The notes beneath the pieces were generated by a model that was not told where the DNA came from, did no database searches, and saw nothing but the letters and a program-made list of their open reading frames with translations. Made by a program: the position numbers and the translations under genes. This document shows, piece by piece, positions 17,504 to 27,304 of a DNA stretch of 64,000 nucleotides. Source of the stretch: Janthinobacterium lividum (GTDB lineage: Bacteria > Pseudomonadota > Alphaproteobacteria > Acetobacterales > Acetobacteraceae); the NCBI GenBank assembly GCA_050920955.1, contig JBPBQS010000159.1, positions 2,272-66,271 of the forward strand. Direction: 5' to 3'. Positions within the stretch are counted from its first letter, which is position 1; every line of letters starts with the position of its first letter.

Positions 17504-19368
17504 TGCTCGCCGAGGATGCGCAGCACGTCCTTGCCGTAGCGCTCCAGCTTCGACGCGCCGACGCCCTTGATCCGGCTCATCTCATCCAGCGTCGCGGGCC
17601 GCACCGCGACGATGTCGCGCAGCACGCTGTCGGCGAAGATGACGTAGGGCGGCAGCGACTGCGCGCGTGCCTGCTCCGTGCGCCAGGCGCGCAGGGCGGC
17701 GAACGGGCCCTCGTCGCCGGGCTCGGCGGGCACGCGGGCGCGCTCGGCCGAGCCGCCCGCGCGTCGGCTGCGTCGGTCGGCGCTCTCCTCGCGCTCGAGG
17801 TCGCGGTCGCGCACGAGGTCCTCCTCGCGCAGCATGACCGTGGCCTCGCCGCGCAGGATCGGGCGCGCGGTGTCCGGCTCCAGCGAGAGCGTGGCGTACT
17901 CGCCGCTCTCGGTGCGCAGGGCGCCGCGGGCGATGAGCTGGCGGATCACGCCGCGCCAGAAGCCGCGCGACTCCTCGGCGCCGATGCCGAACAGGGGGAG
18001 CTTGTCGTGGCCGTGGCGCTTGATGGCGTCGGTCTCGCGGCCGCGGAGCACGCTGACGATGTGCAGCGCGCCGAAGCGCTGGCCGGTGCGGTAGACGGCG
18101 GACAGCGCCTTGCGGGCGGCGTCGGTGCCATCGAACAGCTTGGCGGGGTTGCGACAGTTGTCGCAGTGGCCGCACTCGTCCGCGAGCGCCTCGCCGAAGC
18201 AGCCGAGCAGCGCGCGGGTGCGGCACGCCGTGGTCTCGGAGAGCGAGATCATCGACTCCAGGCGCGCGCGCATCACCTCGCGCTGCTGCTCGGGCGCCTG
18301 CGACTGCGCGAGCCAGTGCCGCGCGCGGGCAATGTCCTCGCCGCCGTAGAGCAGGAGCGTGTCGGCGCGCTCGCCGTCGCGCCCGGCGCGGCCGATCTGC
18401 TGGTAGTAGGACTCCGGGCTGTCGGGCATGTCGAGGTGGGCGACGAAGCGCACGTCGGGCCGGTCTATGCCCATGCCGAACGCGATGGTCGCGCAGATCA
18501 CCACCGGCTCGCCGGAGCGGAAGCGCGTCAGGCCGGCGCGCTTCTCGATCGGCGACAGCCCGGCGTGGAACGGGATCGCGACCCGCCCGTCCTGCGCCAG
18601 GCGCGCCGCGGTGCGCTCGGTCTTGTTGCGGCTGCCGCAGTAGACGATGCCGGCCTGCCCGGGGTGGCGGTTGAGGAACGCCGCGAGCTGCTGGGACTCC
18701 GACGCCTTCGCCGAGGCCGCGATGTGCAGGTTGTCGCGGTGGAAGCTCGCCGCGAACACGGCGGCGTCGTTCATGTCGAGGTTGGCGAGGATGTCGGCGC
18801 GCGTGCGCGGGTCCGCCGTCGCCGTCAGCGCCACGCGGGGCACGCCGGGGAAGCGCTGCCGCAGCCCCGCCAGCGCGCGGTACTCCGGCCGGAACTCGTG
18901 CCCCCACGCCGAGACGCAGTGCGCCTCGTCGATCGCGACCAGCGCCACCTCGATGCGCGACAGCCGGTCCAGCGTGGCGCCGGACAGCAGCCGCTCCGGC
19001 GAGACGTAGAGCAGGTCGAGCGTGCCGTCGGCCAGGGCGCGCGCCGTCTCGCGCGCCTCGTCGGGGTCCAGCTCGGAGTGCAGGGCGCCCGCGCGTATGC
19101 CGAGCTGTCGCAGGGCGGCGACCTGGTCGTCCATCAGCGCGATCAGCGGCGAGATCACGACGGCCGTGCCCTCGCGGCACAGCGCGGGGACCTGGTAGCA
19201 CACGGACTTGCCGCCGCCGGTGGGCATGAGCACGAGGGCGTCGCCGCCGTTCGTGACGTGCATCACGGCGTCGCGCTGCAGGCCGCGGAAGGCGGGGAAG
19301 CCGAACACGCGGGCGAGCACGGAGTCGGGGTCGCGGGCGGGGGGCGGCTGGAAGGCGGGGGCGCTCAT
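17494..19368 (-). CDS. recQ: ATP-dependent DNA helicase RecQ
   Basis: 624-aa protein with the DEAH box VAIDEAHCVSAWGHEFRP, a Zn-binding CxxCDNC segment and a C-terminal HRDC domain. Its stop codon lies inside repeat copy 5. Confidence 0.95.
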   Translation of the reverse strand: MSAPAFQPPPARDPDSVLARVFGFPAFRGLQRDAVMHVTNGGDALVLMPTGGGKSVCYQVPALCREGTAVVISPLIALMDDQVAALRQLGIRAGALHSELDPDEARETARALADGTLDLLYVSPERLLSGATLDRLSRIEVALVAIDEAHCVSAWGHEFRPEYRALAGLRQRFPGVPRVALTATADPRTRADILANLDMNDAAVFAASFHRDNLHIAASAKASESQQLAAFLNRHPGQAGIVYCGSRNKTERTAARLAQDGRVAIPFHAGLSPIEKRAGLTRFRSGEPVVICATIAFGMGIDRPDVRFVAHLDMPDSPESYYQQIGRAGRDGERADTLLLYGGEDIARARHWLAQSQAPEQQREVMRARLESMISLSETTACRTRALLGCFGEALADECGHCDNCRNPAKLFDGTDAARKALSAVYRTGQRFGALHIVSVLRGRETDAIKRHGHDKLPLFGIGAEESRGFWRGVIRQLIARGALRTESGEYATLSLEPDTARPILRGEATVMLREEDLVRDRDLEREESADRRSRRAGGSAERARVPAEPGDEGPFAALRAWRTEQARAQSLPPYVIFADSVLRDIVAVRPATLDEMSRIKGVGASKLERYGKDVLRILGEQEG

Positions 19369-19399
19369 GCGGGCATCATCGCAGGACGGGAGCCGGCAA

Positions 19400-19526
19400 G
19401 GAAGCGAGCATGGGCTCTGCCCATACCCGCAAAGGGTCCGAGGACCCTTTGATCCCGTTTACTTAAGGGAAGCCATCCAAGGGGCTTCCCTTGGCGGAGC
19501 TCGAGGCGGAGCCTCGACCTCGCTTC
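19400..19526. repeat. mosaic hairpin repeat copy 6 (full)
   Basis: Arm set as in copy 3; stem-1 variant is GTCGAGG/CCTCGA. Confidence 0.95.
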
Positions 19527-19926
19527 AGCGCCCGACGTCGATCTCGACGCGCCGGCTCGCGACGCCCGCGTCCGCCTGCGGGTCCGGCACGTAGGGCGCG
19601 CGCAGGATGCGCGTGGTGTTGACGCCCACGCTGGCGAGCGCCTCGGAGACCGCGTCGACGCGCTGGCGGGCCAGCGCCTGGGCACGGGCGCCGGTGGCGG
19701 CCTTGTCCTTGAGGTCGGCGTAGCCGTCGAGCGTGACCGCCTGGGACGGGTGCGCGTTGGCGACGCGGGCCGCCTCGACGATGGTGGTGCGCGCCGCGTC
19801 GTCGATGCGCGCCGAGTTGTCGCCGAAGAACACGTTGTAGGTGGGCGCGGTGGACCCGAGCAGCGAGCAGCCGGAGACGGCGGCAGCGCCAAGGGTTGCA
19901 GTCAGCAGGGTGGCGGCGCGGCGCAT
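19525..19926 (-). CDS. OmpA-family lipoprotein
   Basis: Lipobox AAVSGC and an OmpA C-like segment (VTLDGYADLKD...RQRVDAV...RRVEI). Confidence 0.7.
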   Translation of the reverse strand: MRRAATLLTATLGAAAVSGCSLLGSTAPTYNVFFGDNSARIDDAARTTIVEAARVANAHPSQAVTLDGYADLKDKAATGARAQALARQRVDAVSEALASVGVNTTRILRAPYVPDPQADAGVASRRVEIDVGR

Positions 19927-19987
19927 GGCATGGCTTTCCCGAAACGAGTGCCGCCTTCGTGCGCCGGCGCCGCGGGAGCGTCAACCG

Positions 19988-20020
19988 GGCCGGCGGGGCG
20001 CCTCGTGCGCCCCGCCGGCC
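19988..20020 (-). terminator. GC hairpin downstream of clpP
   Basis: GGCCGGCGGGGCGC-CTCGT-GCGCCCCGCCGGCC, a perfect 14-bp stem 7 nt past the clpP stop. There is no U-tract. Confidence 0.5.
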
Positions 20021-20026
20021 TCGGGG

Positions 20027-20743
20027 TCAGAGCTCCTTGGCGCTGGTGATGACGCGCGACATCATCCCGTAGGCGATGGCCTCCTCGGCGCCCATCCAGT
20101 AGTTGCGGTCGGTGTCCTTGCAGACCTTCTCGTAGGTCTGCCCGGTCTCGCGCGCGATCAGGCGGTTGAGGCGCTCGCGCATCTTGAGGATCTCCTGCGC
20201 CTCGATCTTGATGTCGGTCGCAGGGCCGCGGACACCGCCCATCGGCTGGTGCAGGAGGAAGCGCGTGTTGGGCAGGCAGTAGCGGCGCTCCTTCTGCCCG
20301 GCGAGGAAGATCAGCGCGCCCGCGCTCGCGACCCAGCCGGTGCCGATGACGCGCACCGGCGCCTCGGCGTCGACGAAGCGGATCATGTCGTGGATGGTGT
20401 CGCCGCTCTCGACGTGGCCGCCGGGCGAGTTGATGTAGACGTCGATCGGGTCCGCCGACGCGCCGGCCAGCGCCAGCAGGCGGCCGGTGACGTCGCGCGC
20501 CAGCTTGTCGTTGATGCCGCCGAAGATCAGGACCTTGCGCTGGTTGAACAGCCGCAGCTCCAGCTCGCTGATCGGCGAGTTCATCGTCTTGTCGGCCTCG
20601 GGCTCCTTCTTCTCCGGGCCCTGCGGCTCGGGGACGTCGGGGCTGTCGGGGTCCGGGGCGTCGGGGTCCTCGTCGTCGCCGCGGACGCGCAGGGCGGCGT
20701 GCTCGGCGTGCGTGGCCCAGCTCTGGGTGGGGTGGGACGTCAT
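20027..20743 (-). CDS. clpP: ClpP-family serine protease (orphan paralog with acidic N-terminal extension)
   Basis: Triad context is present: GWVASAGA, LLHQPMGG, DTDRNYWM. A GGAGA RBS sits before the ATG at 20743, and no clpX is adjacent. Confidence 0.8.
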   Translation of the reverse strand: MTSHPTQSWATHAEHAALRVRGDDEDPDAPDPDSPDVPEPQGPEKKEPEADKTMNSPISELELRLFNQRKVLIFGGINDKLARDVTGRLLALAGASADPIDVYINSPGGHVESGDTIHDMIRFVDAEAPVRVIGTGWVASAGALIFLAGQKERRYCLPNTRFLLHQPMGGVRGPATDIKIEAQEILKMRERLNRLIARETGQTYEKVCKDTDRNYWMGAEEAIAYGMMSRVITSAKEL

Positions 20744-20812
20744 GGGGCTATCTCCGTCGACTGCTATGCAAAATGTGGCGTCGACCAGGGAAAGTCGAGG
20801 GTCGGGGGCGAA

Positions 20813-20978
20813 GGAAGCAAGGCCAGAGGCTCCGCCTCTGGACTCCGCCAAAGGCTCGCCTTTGGAAACCCCGACTCCAGGCCGGCGGCACCAGCCGTCG
20901 CGGCGTGCCGCCGGCCTCATGTGCGCCGGTCCAGGGGCGCCGCCCCTGGCGGGTCCAGGGCAGCGCCCTGGCCTTGCC
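20813..20978. repeat. mosaic hairpin repeat copy 7 (composite, no CTTAAG; spacer with 12-bp hairpin)
   Basis: GGAAGCAAGGCCAGAGGCTCCGCCTCTGGACTCCGCCAAAGGCTCGCCTTTGGAAACCCC, then GGCCGGCGGCAC..GTGCCGCCGGCC, then an inverted arm ending CCAGGGCAGCGCCCTGGCCTTGCC. Confidence 0.85.
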
Positions 20979-22401
20979 TCGCCGCCGCGAGCGCCCCCGC
21001 GACGTGCCCGAGCAGGTCCTCGGCCAGCATCCCCTGCCCCGCCAGCGCGCCGGCGCGCCCGTGCAGCCAGACCGCGGCGCAGGCGGCCTCGAAGCGCGCC
21101 ATCCCCTGCCCCAGCAGCGACGCCGCGAGCCCGGCCAGCACGTCGCCCGACCCGGCCGTCGCGAGCCACGGCGGCGCGCTGTCGTTGACCGCGACGCGGC
21201 CGTCCGGGCTGGCGACGATCGTGTCGCTGCCCTTGAGCAGGACCACGGCGCCGGTGAGCGCGGCGGCGGCGCGCACGGCGGCGACGCGGTCGGGGCCGGG
21301 GGCGCCGAACACGCGGGCGAACTCGCCGGCGTGGGGGGTGAGCAGGGCTGCGCCGCGCAGGCGCTCGGGGTGGCCGGCGCAGGCGGCGAGCGCGTCGGCG
21401 TCCACCACGACCTCGCGCCCGGCGGGGAGCAGCAGCGGCAGGGCGCGTGCGGCCTCGTCGTGGCCGAGGCCGGGGCCGCACACCCAGGCGTTGCGGCGGC
21501 GGTCGGCGAGCAGCTCCGGCAGCGCGGCCTCGCTGACGATCAGGCCGGGCGGGCCGGCGCGGTAGACGTCGGCGCTGCCGCTCGCGGCCAGGGTGACCAG
21601 GCCGGCGCCGCCGTGCCGCGCGGCGCCGGCGGCCAGGCGGGCGGCCCCGGTCATCGCGGCGCCGCCGAGCACGGTGACGTGGCCGCGGGTGTACTTGTGG
21701 TCCTCCGCGCCGAGGACGGGGACGCGCCACAGGCCGGGGGCGTTGCGCCAGGCGCGCGGGCCCTCGGCGAGCGCGGCCTCGAGGGCGGCGCCGGGCATGC
21801 CGATGTCGGCGACGTGCAGCGTGCCGCACAGGGCGCGGCCGGGCAGCAGCAGGTGGCCGGGCTTGGCGCGCACGAAGGTCACGGTGCGCCAGGCGGGCGC
21901 GACCCGGCCGCGCGGCTGCCCGGTCGCGCCGTCCAGGCCGCTCGGCACGTCGACGGCGAGCACGCGCCGGGCGGCGGCCAGGGTGTCGGACACGGCGGCG
22001 TCGAGGTCGCGCGACAGACCGGCGCCGAACACCGCGTCGATCACCAGCCCGGCGCGGCCCGACTCCGCGGGCGAGAACGGCACGACCGGGCCACGCCACC
22101 GGGCGGCTGCCTGCGCTGCGTCGCTGCCGGGCGCGGGCGGGGCGAGCACGGCGACGGCCACCGGCCAGCCGGCGCGGGCGAGGAGGCGCGCGGCCACGTA
22201 CCCGTCGCCGCCGTTGCTGCCGGGGCCGCACAGCACCAGCGTCGGGCACGGGCGGGCGGCGGCCATCGCCACGCGGGCGACGGCGCGCCCGGCGGCCGCC
22301 ATCAGCGCGGTGACGGGGGCGCCGTGCGCGGGGGCGAGGCGGTCGGCGCGGCCCATCTGCGCCGGCGTGGGCAGGGCGAGTGCGAAGGCGGGGTCGTTCA
22401 T
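20917..22401 (-). CDS. nnr: bifunctional NAD(P)H-hydrate repair enzyme (epimerase/dehydratase)
   Basis: YjeF_N motif CGPGSNGGDGY plus a C-terminal kinase-like GSGDVLAG. The last 20 codons are encoded by repeat copy 7. Confidence 0.9.
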   Translation of the reverse strand: MNDPAFALALPTPAQMGRADRLAPAHGAPVTALMAAAGRAVARVAMAAARPCPTLVLCGPGSNGGDGYVAARLLARAGWPVAVAVLAPPAPGSDAAQAAARWRGPVVPFSPAESGRAGLVIDAVFGAGLSRDLDAAVSDTLAAARRVLAVDVPSGLDGATGQPRGRVAPAWRTVTFVRAKPGHLLLPGRALCGTLHVADIGMPGAALEAALAEGPRAWRNAPGLWRVPVLGAEDHKYTRGHVTVLGGAAMTGAARLAAGAARHGGAGLVTLAASGSADVYRAGPPGLIVSEAALPELLADRRRNAWVCGPGLGHDEAARALPLLLPAGREVVVDADALAACAGHPERLRGAALLTPHAGEFARVFGAPGPDRVAAVRAAAALTGAVVLLKGSDTIVASPDGRVAVNDSAPPWLATAGSGDVLAGLAASLLGQGMARFEAACAAVWLHGRAGALAGQGMLAEDLLGHVAGALAAARQGQGAALDPPGAAPLDRRT

Positions 22402-22490
22402 TTCGTCCTCGTGCGGCGCCCGTGGGCAGGGCAGCGTATCATGGCGGCGGCGCGCGGGCCCGGCGGGCGTGCGGCAGGGGGAGAGCTCCG

Positions 22491-23138
22491 ATGGCGGTGG
22501 TGGTGGCGGTGGCCCAGCAGAAGGGCGGCGCCGGCAAGACGACGCTGGTGGCGAACCTGGCGGCGGCGTGGGCGGGAACGCGTCGCGTGGGGGTGATCGA
22601 CATCGACCCGCAGCACTCGCTGGCGCGCTGGCACGCGCTGCGCGCCGCGCACGTGCCGAAGCGGCGCGACGCGCGGCCGCTGCCCGCGGTGCTGTGCTCG
22701 GACGCGGCGGGGTGGAAGCTCGCCAACGAGCTGGAGCGCATGGCGCGCGCGGCGGACGTCATCCTGGTGGACAGCGCGCCGCAGGTCGACGCCGACGCGC
22801 GGCGCGCGATCCGGGGGGCGGCGCTGGTGCTGGTGCCGGTGCAGCCGAGCCTGCCGGACTTGTGGGCGGCGGAGGGCACGATGGCGCTGGCGGCGGCCGA
22901 GAGGCGCCCGGCGCGGCTGGTGATGAACCGCGCGCCGCAGCGCTCGCGGCTGCGCACCACGGTCGAGGCGGAGGCGGCGCGTCGGGGATGGGCGCTGCTG
23001 CCGGCGGCGCTGGGCAGCCGCTCCGCCTATGCGCAGGCCTTCGCGCAGGGTATGGGCGTGAGCGAGACCAGCCCCGGCTCCGCAGCCTGCGTCGAGCTGC
23101 TGGCGCTGGTCGCCGCCATCGAGGAGATCCTGCCGTGA
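22491..23138 (+). CDS. ParA/MinD-like P-loop ATPase (orphan)
   Basis: Deviant Walker A QQKGGAGKTT; about 215 aa. Confidence 0.75.
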   Translation: MAVVVAVAQQKGGAGKTTLVANLAAAWAGTRRVGVIDIDPQHSLARWHALRAAHVPKRRDARPLPAVLCSDAAGWKLANELERMARAADVILVDSAPQVDADARRAIRGAALVLVPVQPSLPDLWAAEGTMALAAAERRPARLVMNRAPQRSRLRTTVEAEAARRGWALLPAALGSRSAYAQAFAQGMGVSETSPGSAACVELLALVAAIEEILP

Positions 23139-23614
23139 CCCCTGCGAGCCCGTCCGTTCTCTGGGGCCTGGTGCTTGCCGTGCACCTCGTCTCGATGGCC
23201 GCCTGGGTGGGCGGGACGATCTACGCGCTGGTGGTGGTGCGCAAGGCGCTCGCCGTGCTCGACCCCGCGCCGCGCCTGCAGGTGCACCTGATCACGCTGC
23301 GCCGCTTCTTCCTGGTGCTGTGGCACGCGGTCGTGCTGTCGGTGCTGACGGGCTACGCGATGGTGCTGGGCGCGTACGGCGGGTTCGCGCACCTGCACTG
23401 GTCGATCAACGTGATGAACCTGCTGGGCCTGCTGATGACGGCGGTGTTCCTCTACCTGTTCTTCGGGCCGTACCGGAAGCTGCGCCGGGCGATCCGGCCG
23501 ACGCCGGAGCTGCTGGGCCGGGTGCGGACGCTGTTCGCGGTCAACCTCGCGCTCGGGCTGGCGGTGGTCGTGGTCGCCTCGATCGGCGCGGGGCTGCCGG
23601 CGATCGGGCAGTAG
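23135..23614 (+). CDS. hypothetical 4-TM membrane protein
   Basis: GTG overlaps the parA-like stop (GTGA). 159 aa with four hydrophobic segments and high-GC3 codon use. Confidence 0.6.
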   Translation: MTPASPSVLWGLVLAVHLVSMAAWVGGTIYALVVVRKALAVLDPAPRLQVHLITLRRFFLVLWHAVVLSVLTGYAMVLGAYGGFAHLHWSINVMNLLGLLMTAVFLYLFFGPYRKLRRAIRPTPELLGRVRTLFAVNLALGLAVVVVASIGAGLPAIGQ

Positions 23615-23659
23615 CCGCCGGACCGCCGCGCCTTAACCCGGCGGAAACCGCGGCGGCGC

Positions 23660-24817
<1,158 letters not shown>

Positions 24818-24830
24818 GCACGGCGCCGCG

Positions 24831-26090
24831 TCACGCCGCGCAGAGCACCTCCCGCACCGCCGCGGTCAGCGCGTCGATCTCGCCGGCGTCCAGCGTGAAG
24901 GCCGGCGTGAGGTAGACGATGCGGCCGAACGGGCGCAGCCACACGCCCGCCGCGACGAAGCGCTGCCGCAGCGTGTCCAGGTCCGCGGTGCCGGCCTCGC
25001 CCGGCGCGTGCTCCAGCTCCACCACGCCGATCGCGCCCAGCACGCGCACGTCGCGCACGTTCCCGAGCGCCCGGCACGGCTCCAGCCCGCGCGACAGCGC
25101 CGCCGACAGCGACGCGACCTGCGCCAGCCGCGGCTCCTCGTCGAACAGCGCCAGGGAGGCGAGCGCCGCGGCGCACGCCAGCGGGTTCGCCATGTACGTC
25201 GGCCCGTGCATGAGCGCAGCACCCGCGTCGTCGGACCAGAACGCCGCGAACACCTCGGCCGAGGCCACCGTCGCGGCCAGCGGCAGCGTGCCCCCGGTTA
25301 GCGCCTTGGACAGCGTCACGATGTCAGGCGCCACCCCCGCCGCCTGGCAGGCGAACATCGCCCCGGTGCGGCCGAACCCCGTGAAGATCTCGTCGGCGAT
25401 CAGCAGCACGCCGTGCCGGTCGGCGAGCCTGCGCACCCGTCGCAGCGTGTCGGCCGCGTGGAACACCATCCCGCCCGCGCCCTGCACCAGCGGCTCGACC
25501 AGGATCGCCGCGACCTCGTGCGCGTGGCGGCCGAGCAGCGCGTCGAGCGCCGCCTCCGACGCGTCGTCGCGCGGCAGCTCCGCCGTGATCTGCGCGGGCA
25601 GCACGCCGGCGAAGCGCGCGTGCATCCCCCCGTCCGGGTCGCAGACCGACATCGTGGCGAAGGTGTCGCCGTGGTAGCCGTCGCGGAACGACACGAACCG
25701 CGTGCGCCGCCGCCCCCGGTTCAGGCTCGCTTGCACCGCCATCTTCATCGCGACCTCGACGGCCACCGAGCCCGACTCGGTGAAGAACACGCGCTCCAGC
25801 CGCGGCGCGCCCTCCGACAGCATCCCGACCAGCCGCTCGGCGAGCGCCAGCGCCGGCTCGTGCACCAGGCCCGCGAACATCACGTGCGGCATGCGGTCGA
25901 GCTGCCGGCGCACGGCGTCGGCGATGCGCGGGTGGTTGTAGCCGTGGCACGCGGTCCACCACGACGCGATGCCGTCGAGCAGCACGCGGCCGTCGGCCAG
26001 CTCGATCCGCGCGCCCTCTGTGCGGACGACGCGGAGCGGGGCGGGCGCGGTCTTCATCTGCGTGTAGGGGAGCCAGAGGCAACCGCTCAT
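24831..26090 (-). CDS. bioA: adenosylmethionine-8-amino-7-oxononanoate aminotransferase
   Basis: LWLPYTQMK, SWWTACHGYNHP and PLP-Lys TLSKALTGG motifs. The track TTG start at 26096 is inside repeat copy 8; ATG 26090 is preferred. Confidence 0.93.
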   Translation of the reverse strand: MSGCLWLPYTQMKTAPAPLRVVRTEGARIELADGRVLLDGIASWWTACHGYNHPRIADAVRRQLDRMPHVMFAGLVHEPALALAERLVGMLSEGAPRLERVFFTESGSVAVEVAMKMAVQASLNRGRRRTRFVSFRDGYHGDTFATMSVCDPDGGMHARFAGVLPAQITAELPRDDASEAALDALLGRHAHEVAAILVEPLVQGAGGMVFHAADTLRRVRRLADRHGVLLIADEIFTGFGRTGAMFACQAAGVAPDIVTLSKALTGGTLPLAATVASAEVFAAFWSDDAGAALMHGPTYMANPLACAAALASLALFDEEPRLAQVASLSAALSRGLEPCRALGNVRDVRVLGAIGVVELEHAPGEAGTADLDTLRQRFVAAGVWLRPFGRIVYLTPAFTLDAGEIDALTAAVREVLCAA

Positions 26091-26091
26091 C

Positions 26092-26219
26092 GGCAAGCAA
26101 GGTCGGGCTCTGCCCGAACCCGCAAAGGGTCCGAGGACCCTTTGATCCCATTACTTAAGTGAAGCCATCCAAGGGGCTTCCCTTGGCGGAGTTTGAGGCA
26201 GCGCCTCAACCTTGCTTCC
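26092..26219. repeat. mosaic hairpin repeat copy 8 (full; fills the bioB-bioA gap)
   Basis: GGCAAGCAAGGTCGGGCTCTGCCCGAACCCGCAAAGGGTCCGAGGACCCTTTGATCCCATTACTTAAG + GTGAAGCCATCCAAGGGGCTTCCCTTGGCGGAGTTTGAGGCAGCGCCTCAACCTTGCTTCC. Confidence 0.95.
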
Positions 26220-26220
26220 T

Positions 26221-27195
26221 TCACCCGGCCGTCGGCGTCATGCCCAGCCGCGCGAGGAGCGCCGCGTCGCGGTCCTCCCCCGGGTTCGGCGTGGTGAGCA
26301 GGCGGTTGCCGCCGAAGATCGACGCGGCGCCGGCGAGGAAGCACAGGGCCTGGGTCTCGTCGCTCATGCCCTCGCGGCCGGCGGCGAGGCGGATGGTGGA
26401 GTGCGGCATCAGGACGCGGGCGGCGGCGATGACGCGCACGAAGCGGATCGGGTCGGTGGCGGGCTGGTCGCCGAGGGGCGTGCCCTCGACGCGGACGAGC
26501 ATGTTGATGGGCACGCTCTCGGGGTGGCGCGGCAGGGTGGCGAGGGCGTGGAGGAGGCCGGCCTGGTCGTCCTCGTCCTCGCCCATGCCGACGATGCCGC
26601 CGCAGCAGACGTGGACGCCGGCGTCGCGGACGTGGCCCAGCGTGTCGAGGCGGTCCTGGTAGGTGCGCGTGGTGATGATGGCGCCGTAGTGCTCGGGCGA
26701 GGTGTCGAGGTTGTGGTTGTAGTAGTCCAGGCCCGCGCCCGCGAGGCGCCGCGCCTGGGGGGCGCTGAGCATGCCCAGCGTGGCGCAGCTCTCCAGGCCG
26801 AGGGCGCGCACGCCCTCGACCATCTCGCAGACCTCGTCGAGCTCGTGGTCCTTGGGCGAGCGCCAGGCGGCGCCCATGCAGAAGCGCGTGGCGCCGGCGT
26901 CGCGGGCGGCGCGGGCGGCGCCGAGCACCTCGGCGACGCGCAGCAGGCGGCTGGCGGGGATGGTGTGCTCGTGGCGCGCGCTCTGCGGGCAGTAGGCGCA
27001 GTCCTCGGGGCAGCCGCCGGTCTTGATGGACAGCAGGGTCGCGACCTGCACGCGGGTCGGGTCGAAGCGGGCGCGGTGGACGCTCTGCGCCTGGAACATC
27101 AGCTCGGGGAACGGCAGGGCGAGGAGTGCCTGGACCTCGGCGCGGGTCCAGTCGTGGCGGGGCGCCGGGGCATCGTGCAGGGTCGTCACGGACAT
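26221..27195 (-). CDS. bioB: biotin synthase
   Basis: Radical-SAM motif [21 protein letters not shown] sits 6 nt before the ATG at 27195; the track start is 27210. Confidence 0.95.
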   Translation of the reverse strand: MSVTTLHDAPAPRHDWTRAEVQALLALPFPELMFQAQSVHRARFDPTRVQVATLLSIKTGGCPEDCAYCPQSARHEHTIPASRLLRVAEVLGAARAARDAGATRFCMGAAWRSPKDHELDEVCEMVEGVRALGLESCATLGMLSAPQARRLAGAGLDYYNHNLDTSPEHYGAIITTRTYQDRLDTLGHVRDAGVHVCCGGIVGMGEDEDDQAGLLHALATLPRHPESVPINMLVRVEGTPLGDQPATDPIRFVRVIAAARVLMPHSTIRLAAGREGMSDETQALCFLAGAASIFGGNRLLTTPNPGEDRDAALLARLGMTPTAG

Positions 27196-27263
27196 GCGCG
27201 GGTCCTCCATCGGCGCCGGCGGCGCGTGGCGGCTGGTTTGGCCAGCCTGGAGGGCGCAGGCAA

Positions 27264-27289
27264 GGGGGCGCGTGCGGCGACGCGCCCCC
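27264..27289 (-). terminator. GC hairpin downstream of the RTX-like gene
   Basis: GGGGGCGCGT-GCGGCG-ACGCGCCCCC, a 10-bp stem 15 nt past the stop. Confidence 0.4.
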
Positions 27290-27304
27290 GGACCGGCGCG
27301 GCGG

